A DNA stretch of 64,000 bases, taken from NCBI GenBank assembly GCA_963765175.1, contig CAVXUY010000006.1:24211-88210 (forward strand). Reading direction: 5' to 3'. Below are positions 10,149-20,194 of this stretch, piece by piece. The first letter of the stretch is position 1. Every line of letters starts with the position of its first letter. Under the pieces are notes generated by a model. It was not told where the DNA came from, searched no databases, and was given only the letters and a program-made list of their open reading frames with translations. The position numbers and the translations under genes are program-made. This DNA comes from an uncultured Actinomycetes bacterium (lineage in GTDB: Bacteria; Actinomycetota; Thermoleophilia; Gaiellales; Gaiellaceae).

Positions 10149-12818
10149 ATGGACACGGTGACCTCCGTCGCGGACGCAGTAGACGTCATCCTTCGAGACG
10201 GCCGCACACTACGACTCCGCCCGCCGCGGAGGGAGGACGCGGACGCGCTGCTGGCGTTCTTCCGCTCGCTCTCCGAGCGCAGCCTCTACCTCCGCTTCCA
10301 CGGCTACGCGGGTCTGGACGCCCGGCTCGTCGAGCCGCTCCTCGAGCCGGACTGGGTGGAGCGGGGCGCGCTCCTCGGCGCTCTCGCAGACACCGACGGC
10401 GAGCAGGTGGTCGCCGTCGCCAACTACGTGCGGCTCCGCGACCCCGCCGTCGCGGAGGCTGCGTTCGCGGTCGCGGACGCGCACCAGCGACGCGGCATCG
10501 GCACGCGGCTGCTCGAGCGGCTGGCAGCGCGCGCCTCGGAGGTCGGCATCGAACGCTTCGTCGCCGAGGTGCTCGCCGACAACCGAGACATGCTCGGCGT
10601 CTTCGAGGCGGCCGGGTTCGAGCTCACCCGCGAGCTCGACGGCGGCGAGCTCGAGGTCCAGTTCCCGATCGCGCCGACCGAGCACTTCCTGGAACGCGTG
10701 GAGGAGCGCGACCACACCGCGGTCACCGCCTCGCTACGGCCGTTCTTCGAGCCGCGGAGCGTCGCTGTGATCGGCGCTTCCCGGCGCCGGGGCTCGATCG
10801 GGGGCGAGCTCTTCCGGAACATCCTCATCGGCGACTTCGCCGGCGCTGCCTACCCCGTGAACCGGGACGGCGAGCCGGTCGCGGGCGTGCGGGCGTACGC
10901 CTCGATCGAGGAGATCCCGGACGACGTGGAGCTCGCGGTCATCTCGCTGCCCGCCGGCGCCGTGCTGGGGGCGGCCGAGCAGGCGCTCCGCAAGGGCGTC
11001 CGCGCACTGGTCGTCATCTCGGCCGGCTTCGCCGAGGTCGGAAGCGAGGGCGCCGAGCGCCAGGAACGGCTGCTAGCACTCGTTCGGGCGCACGGCGCGC
11101 GGCTGATCGGCCCCAACTGCCTCGGGATCGCCGTCGCCGGTCCGAGCCTGAACGCGACGTTCGCCGCCAAGTCGGCCCCGAGCGGCAATATCGGCTTCTC
11201 CTCGCAGAGCGGCGCGCTCGGCCTCGCGCTGCTGGAGGCGGCCGAGGCGCGCGGGCTCGGCCTCTCCGCGTTCGTCTCGATCGGGAACAAGGCGGACGTC
11301 TCCTCGAACGACCTGCTCGAGTGGTGGGAGGACGACGAGGCGACGGAGGTGGTCCTGCTGTACGTGGAGTCGTTCGGGAACCCGCGTCGCTTTGGTCGTG
11401 TCGCCCGCAGGGTCGCACGGCGCAAGCCGATCCTCGCTCTGAAGAGCGGGACAACGGCCTCCGGCCAGCGCGCCGCCAGCTCGCACACGGCCGCCCTCGC
11501 GGGCTCGGAGGCGGCGGTCGATGCGCTCTTCCAGCAGGCCGGCGTGATCCGCGCCGCCTCGCTCGAGGAGCTGATCGACGTCGCTGCGCTCCTCTCGAGC
11601 CAGCCCGAGCCGGCGGGACGCAGAGTCGCGGTACTGACGAACGCCGGCGGCCTCGGGATCCTCTGCGCCGACGCGTGCGAGGCCGTGGGCCTGGAGCTTC
11701 CGGAGCTCTCGCCCGAGACGAGAGAGGCGCTCGCGGCGCTGCTCTCGCCGGAGGCGAGCGTGGCCAATCCCGTCGACATGCTCGGCGGTGCGACGGCGGC
11801 GACGTATGCCGAGGCGCTTCCGCGCCTGCTCGCCGATCCTCAGGTCGACGCGGCGATCGTCCTCTTCGTCCCCACGGTGACCGCGTCGGCCGACGACGTC
11901 GCCGTGGCCGTCGCGGATGCTTCCGCCGCGGCCGACTCCGGCAAACCCGTCCTCGCGGTGGTCATGACGTCGAGTGGCATCCCGGCGGCTCTCCGGCGAC
12001 GCGGTGGACACGTCGCCGCGTTCTCGTATCCGGAGTCGGCCGCGCGGGCGCTGGGCCACGCGGCGGCGAGGGCCGAGTGGCTACGGCGACCGTACGGGAG
12101 CATCCCGGTTCCGGAAGGGATCGACCGGCAGGGAGGCGAGCGCATCCTCGAGCGGGCGCTCGCCGCCGGCGACGACACCTGGCTCGGCCCGGGCGAGACG
12201 CGTGAGCTCCTTCAGGCGTACGGCATCGTCGTAGTCGAGGAGCGGCTCGCGGGGAGCCCCGACGAGGCCGCCGCGTACGCACGTGAGGTCGGCTTCCCAG
12301 TGGTGGTCAAGACGGCGACCCCCGGAGCGCACAAGACGGAGACGGGAGGCGTGGCGCTCGACCTCCAAGACGATGAAGCGGTGCGAGTGGCGGCCGAGCG
12401 CATCGGCGGCCCCATGCTCGTCCAGCCGATGGTTCAGCGCGGAGTCGAGCTCCTCACCGGCCTCATCCAGGATCCGGTGTTCGGGCCGCTCGTCGCTTTC
12501 GGCCCGGGCGGTGTCCTTGCGGAGCTGATCGGGGAGGCCGGCTTTCGAATCGCGCCCTTGACCGACGTCGACGCCGAGGAGCTCGTCACGGGCGGCAAGG
12601 CCGGGCGGCTCGTCAGCGGTTTCCGAGGCGCGCCTGCGGCGGATGTCGCGGCATTGAGCGACCTCGTGCAGCGGCTCGCTCGACTCGGCGAGGATCTGCC
12701 GGCGGTCGCCGAGCTCGACCTCAATCCCGTGCTCGCGGGACCGAACGGATACGTGGCGGTCGATGCTCGCATCCGGGTGCGGCGCTCCGAGCCAATCGCG
12801 CGTGCGAAGACCTGGTAG
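10149..12818 (+). CDS. bifunctional GNAT acetyltransferase / NDP-forming acyl-CoA synthetase-like protein (Pat-type protein acetyltransferase architecture)
   Basis: 889 aa; N-terminal GNAT (QRRGIGTRLLE), then a CoA-binding domain (VAVIGASRRRGSIGG) and an ATP-grasp domain. Confidence 0.9.
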   Translation: MDTVTSVADAVDVILRDGRTLRLRPPRREDADALLAFFRSLSERSLYLRFHGYAGLDARLVEPLLEPDWVERGALLGALADTDGEQVVAVANYVRLRDPAVAEAAFAVADAHQRRGIGTRLLERLAARASEVGIERFVAEVLADNRDMLGVFEAAGFELTRELDGGELEVQFPIAPTEHFLERVEERDHTAVTASLRPFFEPRSVAVIGASRRRGSIGGELFRNILIGDFAGAAYPVNRDGEPVAGVRAYASIEEIPDDVELAVISLPAGAVLGAAEQALRKGVRALVVISAGFAEVGSEGAERQERLLALVRAHGARLIGPNCLGIAVAGPSLNATFAAKSAPSGNIGFSSQSGALGLALLEAAEARGLGLSAFVSIGNKADVSSNDLLEWWEDDEATEVVLLYVESFGNPRRFGRVARRVARRKPILALKSGTTASGQRAASSHTAALAGSEAAVDALFQQAGVIRAASLEELIDVAALLSSQPEPAGRRVAVLTNAGGLGILCADACEAVGLELPELSPETREALAALLSPEASVANPVDMLGGATAATYAEALPRLLADPQVDAAIVLFVPTVTASADDVAVAVADASAAADSGKPVLAVVMTSSGIPAALRRRGGHVAAFSYPESAARALGHAAARAEWLRRPYGSIPVPEGIDRQGGERILERALAAGDDTWLGPGETRELLQAYGIVVVEERLAGSPDEAAAYAREVGFPVVVKTATPGAHKTETGGVALDLQDDEAVRVAAERIGGPMLVQPMVQRGVELLTGLIQDPVFGPLVAFGPGGVLAELIGEAGFRIAPLTDVDAEELVTGGKAGRLVSGFRGAPAADVAALSDLVQRLARLGEDLPAVAELDLNPVLAGPNGYVAVDARIRVRRSEPIARAKTW

Positions 12819-12904
12819 GCCGCTAGCCCTCGCGTTCGATGTACCTTGCTCTGGGTCGGCCTCTGGGTCAGAGCATGCCAGCTTCAGGACGTGGGAAACG
12901 CGAT

Positions 12905-13729
12905 ATGCATGACGCGCCAACGATCGCGCTCAACGACGGGCGCGCGATCCCGCAGCTCGGCTTCGGGGTCTTCCAGATCCCGCCCGGTGAGGCCACGCGT
13001 GCGGCCGTCGACGCGGCGCTCGCCGCCGGATACCGGCACGTGGACACCGCCGCGGTCTATCGCAACGAGGCCGACGTCGGGGCGGCGGTCCGGGCGAGCG
13101 GGCTCGAGCCGGGCTCGGTCTGGGTGACGACGAAGCTCGCCAACGCCGACCAGGGCGCCGCGACCGCCCGCCGAGCGTTCGAAGCGTCGCTCGAGCGGCT
13201 CGGCCTGGAGGCCGTCGCCCTCTACCTGCTGCATTGGCCACACGAGCGCAGACTCGAGAGCTGGCGGGTACTCGAGCAACTCCATGCCGAGGGGCTCGCT
13301 CGCTCGATCGGGGTCTCGAACTTCCTCGTGCGCCACCTCGACGAGCTGCTCGCGCACGCGTCGGTCCCGCCCTCCGTGAACCAGATCGAGCTGAGCCCAT
13401 TCCTCTATCGCAGCCGCAAGGACACGGTGCGGCGCTGCGCCGAGGAGGGAATCGCAGTCGAGGCCTATAGCCCATTGACCAAGGGGCGCCGGCTCGACGA
13501 CGCTACCGTCGCGCGCATCGCCGCCGAGGTCGGCCGGACCTCGGCCCAGGTGCTCATCCGCTGGTCGCTGCAGAAGGGCTTCGTCGTGCTCCCGCGCTCG
13601 TCGAACGCCGCTCGCATCGCTGGCAACGCGGCCGTCTTCGACTTCACGCTCGACGACGCCCAGATGGCCGCGCTGGACGGGCTCGACGAGGGTCTGACGA
13701 CGGGCTGGGATCCGGCGAGACAGGCTTGA
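12905..13729 (+). CDS. aldo/keto reductase (2,5-diketo-D-gluconate reductase-like)
   Basis: GYRHVDTAAVYRNE, LYLLHWP, IGVSNF, LPRSSN motifs. Start at the internal ATG. Confidence 0.9.
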   Translation: MHDAPTIALNDGRAIPQLGFGVFQIPPGEATRAAVDAALAAGYRHVDTAAVYRNEADVGAAVRASGLEPGSVWVTTKLANADQGAATARRAFEASLERLGLEAVALYLLHWPHERRLESWRVLEQLHAEGLARSIGVSNFLVRHLDELLAHASVPPSVNQIELSPFLYRSRKDTVRRCAEEGIAVEAYSPLTKGRRLDDATVARIAAEVGRTSAQVLIRWSLQKGFVVLPRSSNAARIAGNAAVFDFTLDDAQMAALDGLDEGLTTGWDPARQA

Positions 13730-13732
13730 GCT

Positions 13733-15136
13733 CTACGCATCGCCGATGAGCTCGGTGAGCAGCTCGGCGTACTGGAGCAGGTGACGGTCGCCGAGGAAGT
13801 AGCGTTCGACGTGGCGGCGGCCATTCAGGGCCAGGCGCTCTGCCTCGGCGCGATCGACAAGCAGACGGTCGACGGCGGCGCCGAAGGCTTCGAGGTCGTG
13901 CGGGTCGTCGACAAGGAGCCCGGTCTCGTCGTGGATCACCTGCTCCACGATCCCGCCAACAGCGGTCGCGACGACGGGGCGCGTCTTCCACATCGCCTCG
14001 GCGACCGTCAGCCCGAAGCCTTCGGCGATGCTCTTCTGCGCGACGACGGTCGAGTGTCGCTGGAGCGCGTTGATGACGATCGCGTTCTCGAGTGGATCGT
14101 CCATCGGAACTGCGGCGAGATGGGCGCGGGCTCGGTCGGGCCCCGGGAGCGCCTTCCAGGCCGCGACCGTCTCCTCCCAGACCTCCCGACCCTCCGGGTC
14201 GTCGCTCACTCCGGACACGGCCGGCCCCGCCAGCACGAGGTGCGCCGGTCCGGCGTGGACGTAGCGGACGAAGGCCTCGAGCACTCCGGCCATGTCCTTC
14301 AAACGATCCCAGCGGGAGACCTGGACGACCAGCGGCGTCCGCGGATCGGGAGGACCGCCTTCACGCACGACGTCAGCCCGATGCCGGACCCGCACGTCCG
14401 GCGCGCGGCCGTCTTGGGCGAGGAGCCCTGCGGCGGCAAGAAGGGCGAGCACCTCGCTCGGCTCGAGCTCCCGGTTCTTGGGAGTGAAGGGGTCGATCGA
14501 CGGTGGAATCGCGCGTAGCCTCCCCCGTTCGATCCACTCGGGCGCGAACGACTCGCGCGAGAACACGAACGCATGCGCAGGCTCGACGTACGGGCGCACG
14601 AAGGCCCAGGCGCGCTCGGTCCACTCGTTCCCTCCGTCGTAGCCGACGTGGCAGCGCCAGATGACGTGCGCGCCCAGCTCGACGAGCGGGGCGATGAGGC
14701 CCGCGGGCTGCGGGTCGTGGACGATCACGACGTCTCCTCTGCGAACCTCCCGGCGGACGGTATCGAGGTTCGCGGAGACCGTCCGCTCGTAGATCGCGCG
14801 CTCCCGCTCTCCGAGGTCGCCCCCGTCGCCGGGAGAGCCGTAGAGGCCGTTGTGGACTCGCTTGGTGACCGCGAAGAACTCAGGGTCTCCCGCGATCACC
14901 AGCCAATCCGCGTCCAGCCCGACGCCCTGCGCGTAGCCGAGCAGGGTCGCGAGCAACTCGGCGACACCGCCACCCGTCGCGGTCGAATTGATGTTTACGA
15001 TGCGCCGGTCGCCGAGCAATGTGCGGAGCGCTTCGGCCCCCTCGGTCAGCGCGTCGACCCGCTCACGCCCGATGAGCGGCTCGAGTCGTCGCGGGTCGAT
15101 CGGACGGGTTTCGATGTTCGCGGCCGGCGACACCAC
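13733..15136 (-). CDS. GT4-family glycosyltransferase (trehalose-synthase-like)
   Basis: INSTATGGGVAELL N-domain and EGFGLTVAEAMW C-domain. The first 51 ORF-track codons are Arg/Ser-rich junk, so the start is set at GTG 15136. Confidence 0.8.
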   Translation of the reverse strand: MVSPAANIETRPIDPRRLEPLIGRERVDALTEGAEALRTLLGDRRIVNINSTATGGGVAELLATLLGYAQGVGLDADWLVIAGDPEFFAVTKRVHNGLYGSPGDGGDLGERERAIYERTVSANLDTVRREVRRGDVVIVHDPQPAGLIAPLVELGAHVIWRCHVGYDGGNEWTERAWAFVRPYVEPAHAFVFSRESFAPEWIERGRLRAIPPSIDPFTPKNRELEPSEVLALLAAAGLLAQDGRAPDVRVRHRADVVREGGPPDPRTPLVVQVSRWDRLKDMAGVLEAFVRYVHAGPAHLVLAGPAVSGVSDDPEGREVWEETVAAWKALPGPDRARAHLAAVPMDDPLENAIVINALQRHSTVVAQKSIAEGFGLTVAEAMWKTRPVVATAVGGIVEQVIHDETGLLVDDPHDLEAFGAAVDRLLVDRAEAERLALNGRRHVERYFLGDRHLLQYAELLTELIGDA

Positions 15137-15318
15137 CCGGCAGTCTCTCGAAATCGGGTGCGAAGGAGCCGGGTCAGGCGGCCCGATGCCGCTCCTCGCC
15201 GCCGATGCGGACGAGTGCTTCCGCGTCGAGGTGGTCGCCGCGCGCGAAGACGTCCTGATCGCAGGCGCTTCGCGGTCGGGCGGCCGCATGAATGACTCTC
15301 CGCGCGCCGGCGCAGTCG

Positions 15319-15966
15319 CTAGCCCTCTTCACCCTCGAGCAACCCCTCGGCAAGCGCATAGCGAACGAGCTCCGCGCGGCTCGAGAGCCCGAGCTTCCGC
15401 ATGATGTGCGCCCGGTGCGTCTCGGCCGTGCGCACCGAGATGAAGAGCATTTGCGCGATCTCCTGGTTCGTATGCCCGAGGGCGAGCAGGCGTAGTACCT
15501 CGCGCTCCCGCTCGGAGAGCGGGTCGACCTCGGCACGCTTTCGCTCCTCCGCTTCGGCCGCGATGAGCCGGGCGCCCAGCGCGGGATGGAGGTACCGCTC
15601 CCCGGCTGCGACGGCGCGCACCGCGGCGACGACCTCGGTGTCGGCGGCTTCCTTGAGCACGTAGCCGCTTGCACCGGCGTCGAAGGCCTCGCGGACGTAG
15701 CGCGGGTCGTCCTGCATCGAGAGGACGAGTACCTTCGCCTCCGGCACGGCCTGCAGCAGCGTGGGCGTGCCCTCGATCCCGCTCTTGCCCGGCATCACGA
15801 CGTCCATGAGCACCACGTCCGGCTTGTGCTCCAGCGCCTCGAACACGGCGCGCTCGGCGTTCGGCGCCTCGGCGACCGTCTCGATGTCCTGCTCGGCGTC
15901 GAGTACACGGCGGAGGCCGGTTCGGACGACCGAGTGGTCGTCGACGACCAGCACGCGGATAGTCAC
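15319..15966 (-). CDS. NarL/LuxR-family response regulator (DevR-like)
   Basis: 215 aa; REC domain (VVDDH..DVVLMDVVMPG) plus LuxR HTH (LSEREREVLRLLALGHTNQEIA). 4-nt overlap with the upstream kinase. Confidence 0.9.
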   Translation of the reverse strand: MTIRVLVVDDHSVVRTGLRRVLDAEQDIETVAEAPNAERAVFEALEHKPDVVLMDVVMPGKSGIEGTPTLLQAVPEAKVLVLSMQDDPRYVREAFDAGASGYVLKEAADTEVVAAVRAVAAGERYLHPALGARLIAAEAEERKRAEVDPLSEREREVLRLLALGHTNQEIAQMLFISVRTAETHRAHIMRKLGLSSRAELVRYALAEGLLEGEEG

Positions 15967-17614
15967 CGCAGCGGAACCTCGGCGACGATGGTGGTCCCTG
16001 CCCCCTCGGCAGCCTCGATCCGCAGGCGTCCGCCGACGAGACCGACTCGCTCCCGCATGCCGGCGAGGCCGAGGACGTCATGGCCGACTGCCGCCGGGTC
16101 GAAGCCGGCGCCGTCGTCTTCGATCACGGCGGCGACCGACATGTCCCGGTGCGTGAGGAGGATGCTGACCCGAGTGGCGCCTGCGTGCTTGACCACGTTC
16201 GTGAGCGCCTCCTGGACGATACGGTAGAGGGCGGTCTCGACCTCGTTCGGCAGTCGGCCGTCTCCCAGCTGCGCCTCGAGGTCGACCTGCACGCCCGTCT
16301 GCTCCTGGAAGGTCGCCGCGAGGCGCTCGACCGCGGTCGCCAGGCCGAAGTCGTCCAGGGCGGAGGGCCGGAGCTCGACGGCAAGCCGGCGCACGTCCTG
16401 GAGGGTCGAGACGACGAGCTCGCGGAGAGAGGAGAGCGCCGCTCGGTCTGCGTCGCCGGCGGCGCTCTGCTCGAGCGGTTTCAGCCCGAGCAGGATCGAC
16501 GTGAGGGCCTGCCCGGTCTCGTCGTGCAGCTCGCGGGCAAGGCGTTTGCGCTCGAGCTCCTGGGCCTCGACGACGCGGCGCAGCGCGTCTCGGCCGACGC
16601 GCTCGGAGAGGTCTACCGCGACTGCCGCGCGCTGGGCGAAGGTCTCCGCGAGACGGAGATCATCGTCGGTGAAGCTCGGGCTGGGGCCTGAGCGGTCGTG
16701 CGCGATCATGACGCCGATCGCGCGGCCGCGGGCGACGAGCGGGACGAAGAGCGCCGAGTGGACGCCGAGCCGCCGCGCCGCCTGCTGGTCGATCTCCGGA
16801 TCCTCGAGCACCGAGTCGACCCGCTCGCTGTGCCGGCGCTCGAGCACACGTCCGGCTTTCGAGCCGCCGAACTCGAGCTGCATGCCGACGATGCCGTAGC
16901 TCCCCTCGCCCTCGGCCGCGGCGACGTCGAGCGCGTCCCCCTGCGGGATGGCGATGAGCACGAGCCTGGCGTCGACGAGCTCGCGCAGCCGGCGGGCGAC
17001 GAGGCTGAGCAGGGGCTCGAGCTCGATCTCGGAGGCGAGCGCGTTGCCGATCTCGTTCAGCGACTCGAGCTGGCGCAGCCAGCGCGTCGAGCTCTCGTAC
17101 AGCCGGGCGTTCTCGATCGCGACCGCCGCCTGGGTCGCGAGCATCTGCGTCAGCTCCTCGTCCTCCTCCGTGAAGTCGGCGCCGCCCTCCTTCTCCGTCA
17201 GGTAGAGGTTGCCGTAGGCGACGCCGCGGAGGAGGATCGGGACGCCGAGAAAGGTGCTCATCGCGGGTGATTTTGCGGGAACCCGACCGAGCGCGGGTCG
17301 TCGGCGAGGTCGTGGAGGCGCAGCGGGCGAGCCTCGCGGATGAGGACGCCGAGGATTCCTCGGCCGCGAGGAAGATCGCCGATGGCCGCGTGCGTCTCGG
17401 GGTCGATGCCCGTCGTCACGAAACGCTCGAGCGCCTGCCCCGACTTGCCGATGACGCCGAGCGCGGCGTAGCGGGCCCCGGTCAGCTCGGCGGCCGTCTC
17501 GACGAGCCGCTGCAGAAGCATGTCCAGGGAGAGCTCGGAGCTGAGGGCGATGCCGGCGTCGACGAGGACGCGAAGGCGATCGACTGCTGGCCCGAGACGG
17601 CTCCACGCGGCCAT
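15963..17614 (-). pseudogene. tandem-GAF sensor histidine kinase (DevS/DosT-like architecture), split by a 1-nt frameshift near 17262
   Basis: ORF 17258-17614 encodes GAF-A and ends ...SVGFPQNHPR-stop. The frame of ORF 15963-17606 continues AMSTFLGVPILLRG, then GAF-B, HisKA_3 (ELHDETGQ) and HATPase. Restoring one nt gives GFPQNHPxMSTFLGVPI. Confidence 0.85.
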
Positions 17615-17672
17615 TCTCTCAGCCTGTCCTGCGAGGGCGGGATGAGCGCACTGACTTCACGCAGACGCACAA

Positions 17673-17694
17673 GGGGGCGGACTTCGTCGCCCCC
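17673..17694 (-). terminator. hairpin downstream of the 17753 gene
   Basis: GGGGGCG-GACTTCGT-CGCCCCC. Confidence 0.45.
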
Positions 17695-17752
17695 TCGTGT
17701 GCTCCGGGAGGTCGGAGCAGCTGCTCGATCCGGGACCTCCCGTCCCCCCGGA

Positions 17753-18365
17753 TCAGCCTGTTGCTGGCTGCGTGGACACCGGCGACCTCTTGGCTTCGGC
17801 TGCCGGCTCGCGGCCGAACACGGCGAAGGCGAGGATCACGAGCCCGATGCCGGTCAGCAGCAGCGCGACCCCGACGACCATGCCGAAGATCGAGAGCTGC
17901 TCGGCCATGTAGCTCGTGTTGAGGGCCGTCGTGATCGCGACCGCCGTGACCCAGCTCTGCCGGGACGGGTTCGAGATCGGGTTGCCCTGCTCGTCCGTCA
18001 GCGCGGCCTCCTCGTCGCTCGTCCCCGCAGGGTCGTCGGGGTTGTCGGCGGCGATGTACCGGCCCATCTGGGCGTAGGTCAGCCCCTCAGTCCCCTCGAG
18101 CTGGTGCTCGCGCATGATCTTGGCGAATGCGCGGGCCTGCTCGCCGGTCGTGACCTGCTCGCCGTACCACTTGGACGCGTACTGGTCGGTCGCGGCATCC
18201 TCGTCCGCGGCCTCGCTGAAGAAGACCATGCTCGTCCTTGAGAGCTGTCGCTGGACGGTCGTATCCGCCCGTCGACGCCCATGTAGATCGCGGCCGCGCC
18301 GAAGAGCGATGAGCACTGCCTCCTGCGACGAATCCGCCGATCTCCCAAATCCTTCTGCCCTTCAT
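17753..18365 (-). pseudogene. two-TM membrane protein, paralogue of 54358-54945, with at least 2 frameshifts in the 5' part
   Basis: ATG 18365 gives MKGRRIWEIGGFVAGG. A second frame gives (S)LFGAAAIYMGVDGR and a third gives DTTVQRQLS...MREHQLEG..LTYAQMGRY..LSIFGMVVGVALLLTGIGLVILA. The intact paralogue has the same order. Confidence 0.7.
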
Positions 18366-18491
18366 CGCTCCACCTCCCGGATCGAGCCTTCTCTTGTTGG
18401 ACAGTTCCAGTGTCCGACGGGGCGGAGGAGGCGGGCATCGGAGTATCCACGGGCCGTTGCTGCAGTCACACCGCACGGCCTCTGCGGAGAA

Positions 18492-18764
18492 CTACGGAGT
18501 CCCCGCCTCGGCGGCCAGCTCGTCGTTCAGGAGGCGATGGAACATGGGGCGAAGAGACGCTTCCTCGGCAGCCGCGGCTGCGCTCGCGAGAGCGAGTCTG
18601 AGCTCCAGGAGATAACGCGCCAGCCCGGGTGAGGCCGCGAGCGCGGAGCCGACCGGCGCAAGCGCGCAGGCACTGTCGTGCCAGAGCTGGCAGGAGCTCC
18701 CCGGACACGCCTCGCGCTCGCCGAGCGCGAGGCGAAGCGCACACTGCGGTGCAGGCGTCGTCAT
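18492..18764 (-). CDS. hypothetical small Cys-containing protein (90 aa)
   Basis: ATGA overlap with the USP stop; high GC3; C-x11-C-x4-C-x3-H-x3-C spacing. No family recognised. Confidence 0.4.
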   Translation of the reverse strand: MTTPAPQCALRLALGEREACPGSSCQLWHDSACALAPVGSALAASPGLARYLLELRLALASAAAAAEEASLRPMFHRLLNDELAAEAGTP

Positions 18765-19213
18765 GAGGCGACCGGGTCCTGCACGGCTGCCGCACGGACG
18801 ACGAGCACCGGCCGCCTCGACGCGCCGAGGATCCCGCGCGAGACGCTCCCCAGGAGCGCCGACGCGAACCCGCCGAGCCCCCTCGAGCCGACCACGACGA
18901 GGTCTGCGTCGATCGTGTCGGCGTGACGGGTGATCTCGGCGACCGGGTCGCCTCGGAGAAGCGCGGCCCCGGCGGGCACGCATTCACGGTCGGCCACCGC
19001 CTGGGCGTCGTCGAGCACCTGCTCGTCCGAATTGGTCGGCTCGTAAGGCACCGCGCCCATCAGACCGAAGCCGTTCATCGACACCAGGTCGGTCAGCGGG
19101 ACGACGTGGACGAAGACCGCCTCTGCGGCTTCATCGCGCGCGAGCTCGACCCCGAGCTCGACTGCCTCGTGTGCGGCGGTCGAGCCATCGGTCGCGATCA
19201 GGATCCGCTTCAT
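18761..19213 (-). CDS. universal stress protein
   Basis: MKRILIATDGS ... LVVVGSRGLGGFASALLGSVS ... PVLVV. Confidence 0.85.
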   Translation of the reverse strand: MKRILIATDGSTAAHEAVELGVELARDEAAEAVFVHVVPLTDLVSMNGFGLMGAVPYEPTNSDEQVLDDAQAVADRECVPAGAALLRGDPVAEITRHADTIDADLVVVGSRGLGGFASALLGSVSRGILGASRRPVLVVRAAAVQDPVAS

Positions 19214-19365
19214 CGTCAACCTCCTCCGCTTCGCTCGTGCTCTCAGGTTCCTCCCGCGCCGGCGCACGCGCATCCGCGCCGAGCCCGATCAGGGTGAGTA
19301 CTTCTCCGCAGCTGCCGCTCGAGCCGCCGGCCGCCACGTCGGAGTCAGCGGCGAGCTCGTCCCCG

Positions 19366-20194
19366 CTACGCGACGTCGCGGCGACGAAAGAGCAAGCCGG
19401 CGACGAAGGCGAAGACCGACAGATAGAGGAGGAGGATGAGGGCCGCCTCCTGGCCGCCGACGAACGGGCCCGAGAAGGAACCCGGCCCACGGTCGCCCAG
19501 GTCCTCGGTCGACACTCCGAGCGCAACGACCAGTGAGTAGCCGGCTGCGCGCACGAAGAGCTCGACGAGCTGGTCGAGGAGGCTCACCTGGGTTGCGAGT
19601 GCGCTCAGGAGACCCTCGACGACGAACGCATAGAGGATGCCCACGCCGGTCGCCAGCGCGGTACCCCTGAACAGGATGCCTAGCAACACTCCCAACGCCG
19701 CCCAGACGGCAAGGATGAGCCAGCCGGCCGCGAGACCGCGAATCAGCAGCCACAGCGACGGCCACGTGGTGTCCGCGCCTTCGCGCACGGCAATCGCGTA
19801 GCTGGCAAGCGCTCCGAGCGCGAAGGCGACGAGCACGAAGACGGCCAGCGCGACCGCAAGCGCGACGAGCTTCGCGCCGAGGACGTGCAGGCGGCCGGGG
19901 CGCTGGGTCAAGAGCGTCTTCAGAGTGCCCCACCCGTACTCGCTGCCGAAGCGCGAGGACGCCGAGCATCAGCGCGAGCACGCCGCCGAAGAAGGGGAAC
20001 CCGCCCAGGAGCGCTTCGACGAGGTCTTGCGGCAGCATCTCCGAGAGGGAGCCGGGCGTCGAACCGTTGAGGTAGGTCACGTACGGCACGACGTATGCGA
20101 AGACGAGCGCGAGCGAGGCCCAGATTCCGAGCAGGATCCAGGTGCTCGCCCGCTTGCGGACGATCAAGAGCTCCGCGCGAACGCTGCCGATCAT
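19366..20194 (-). pseudogene. ABC-2 type transporter permease, frameshift near 19951
   Basis: The N-terminal frame ends ...GGVLALMLGVLA. The next frame reads FGSEYGWGTLKTLLTQRPGRLHVLGAKL... (conserved GTxxxLL motif) to the stop at 19366. Confidence 0.8.
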
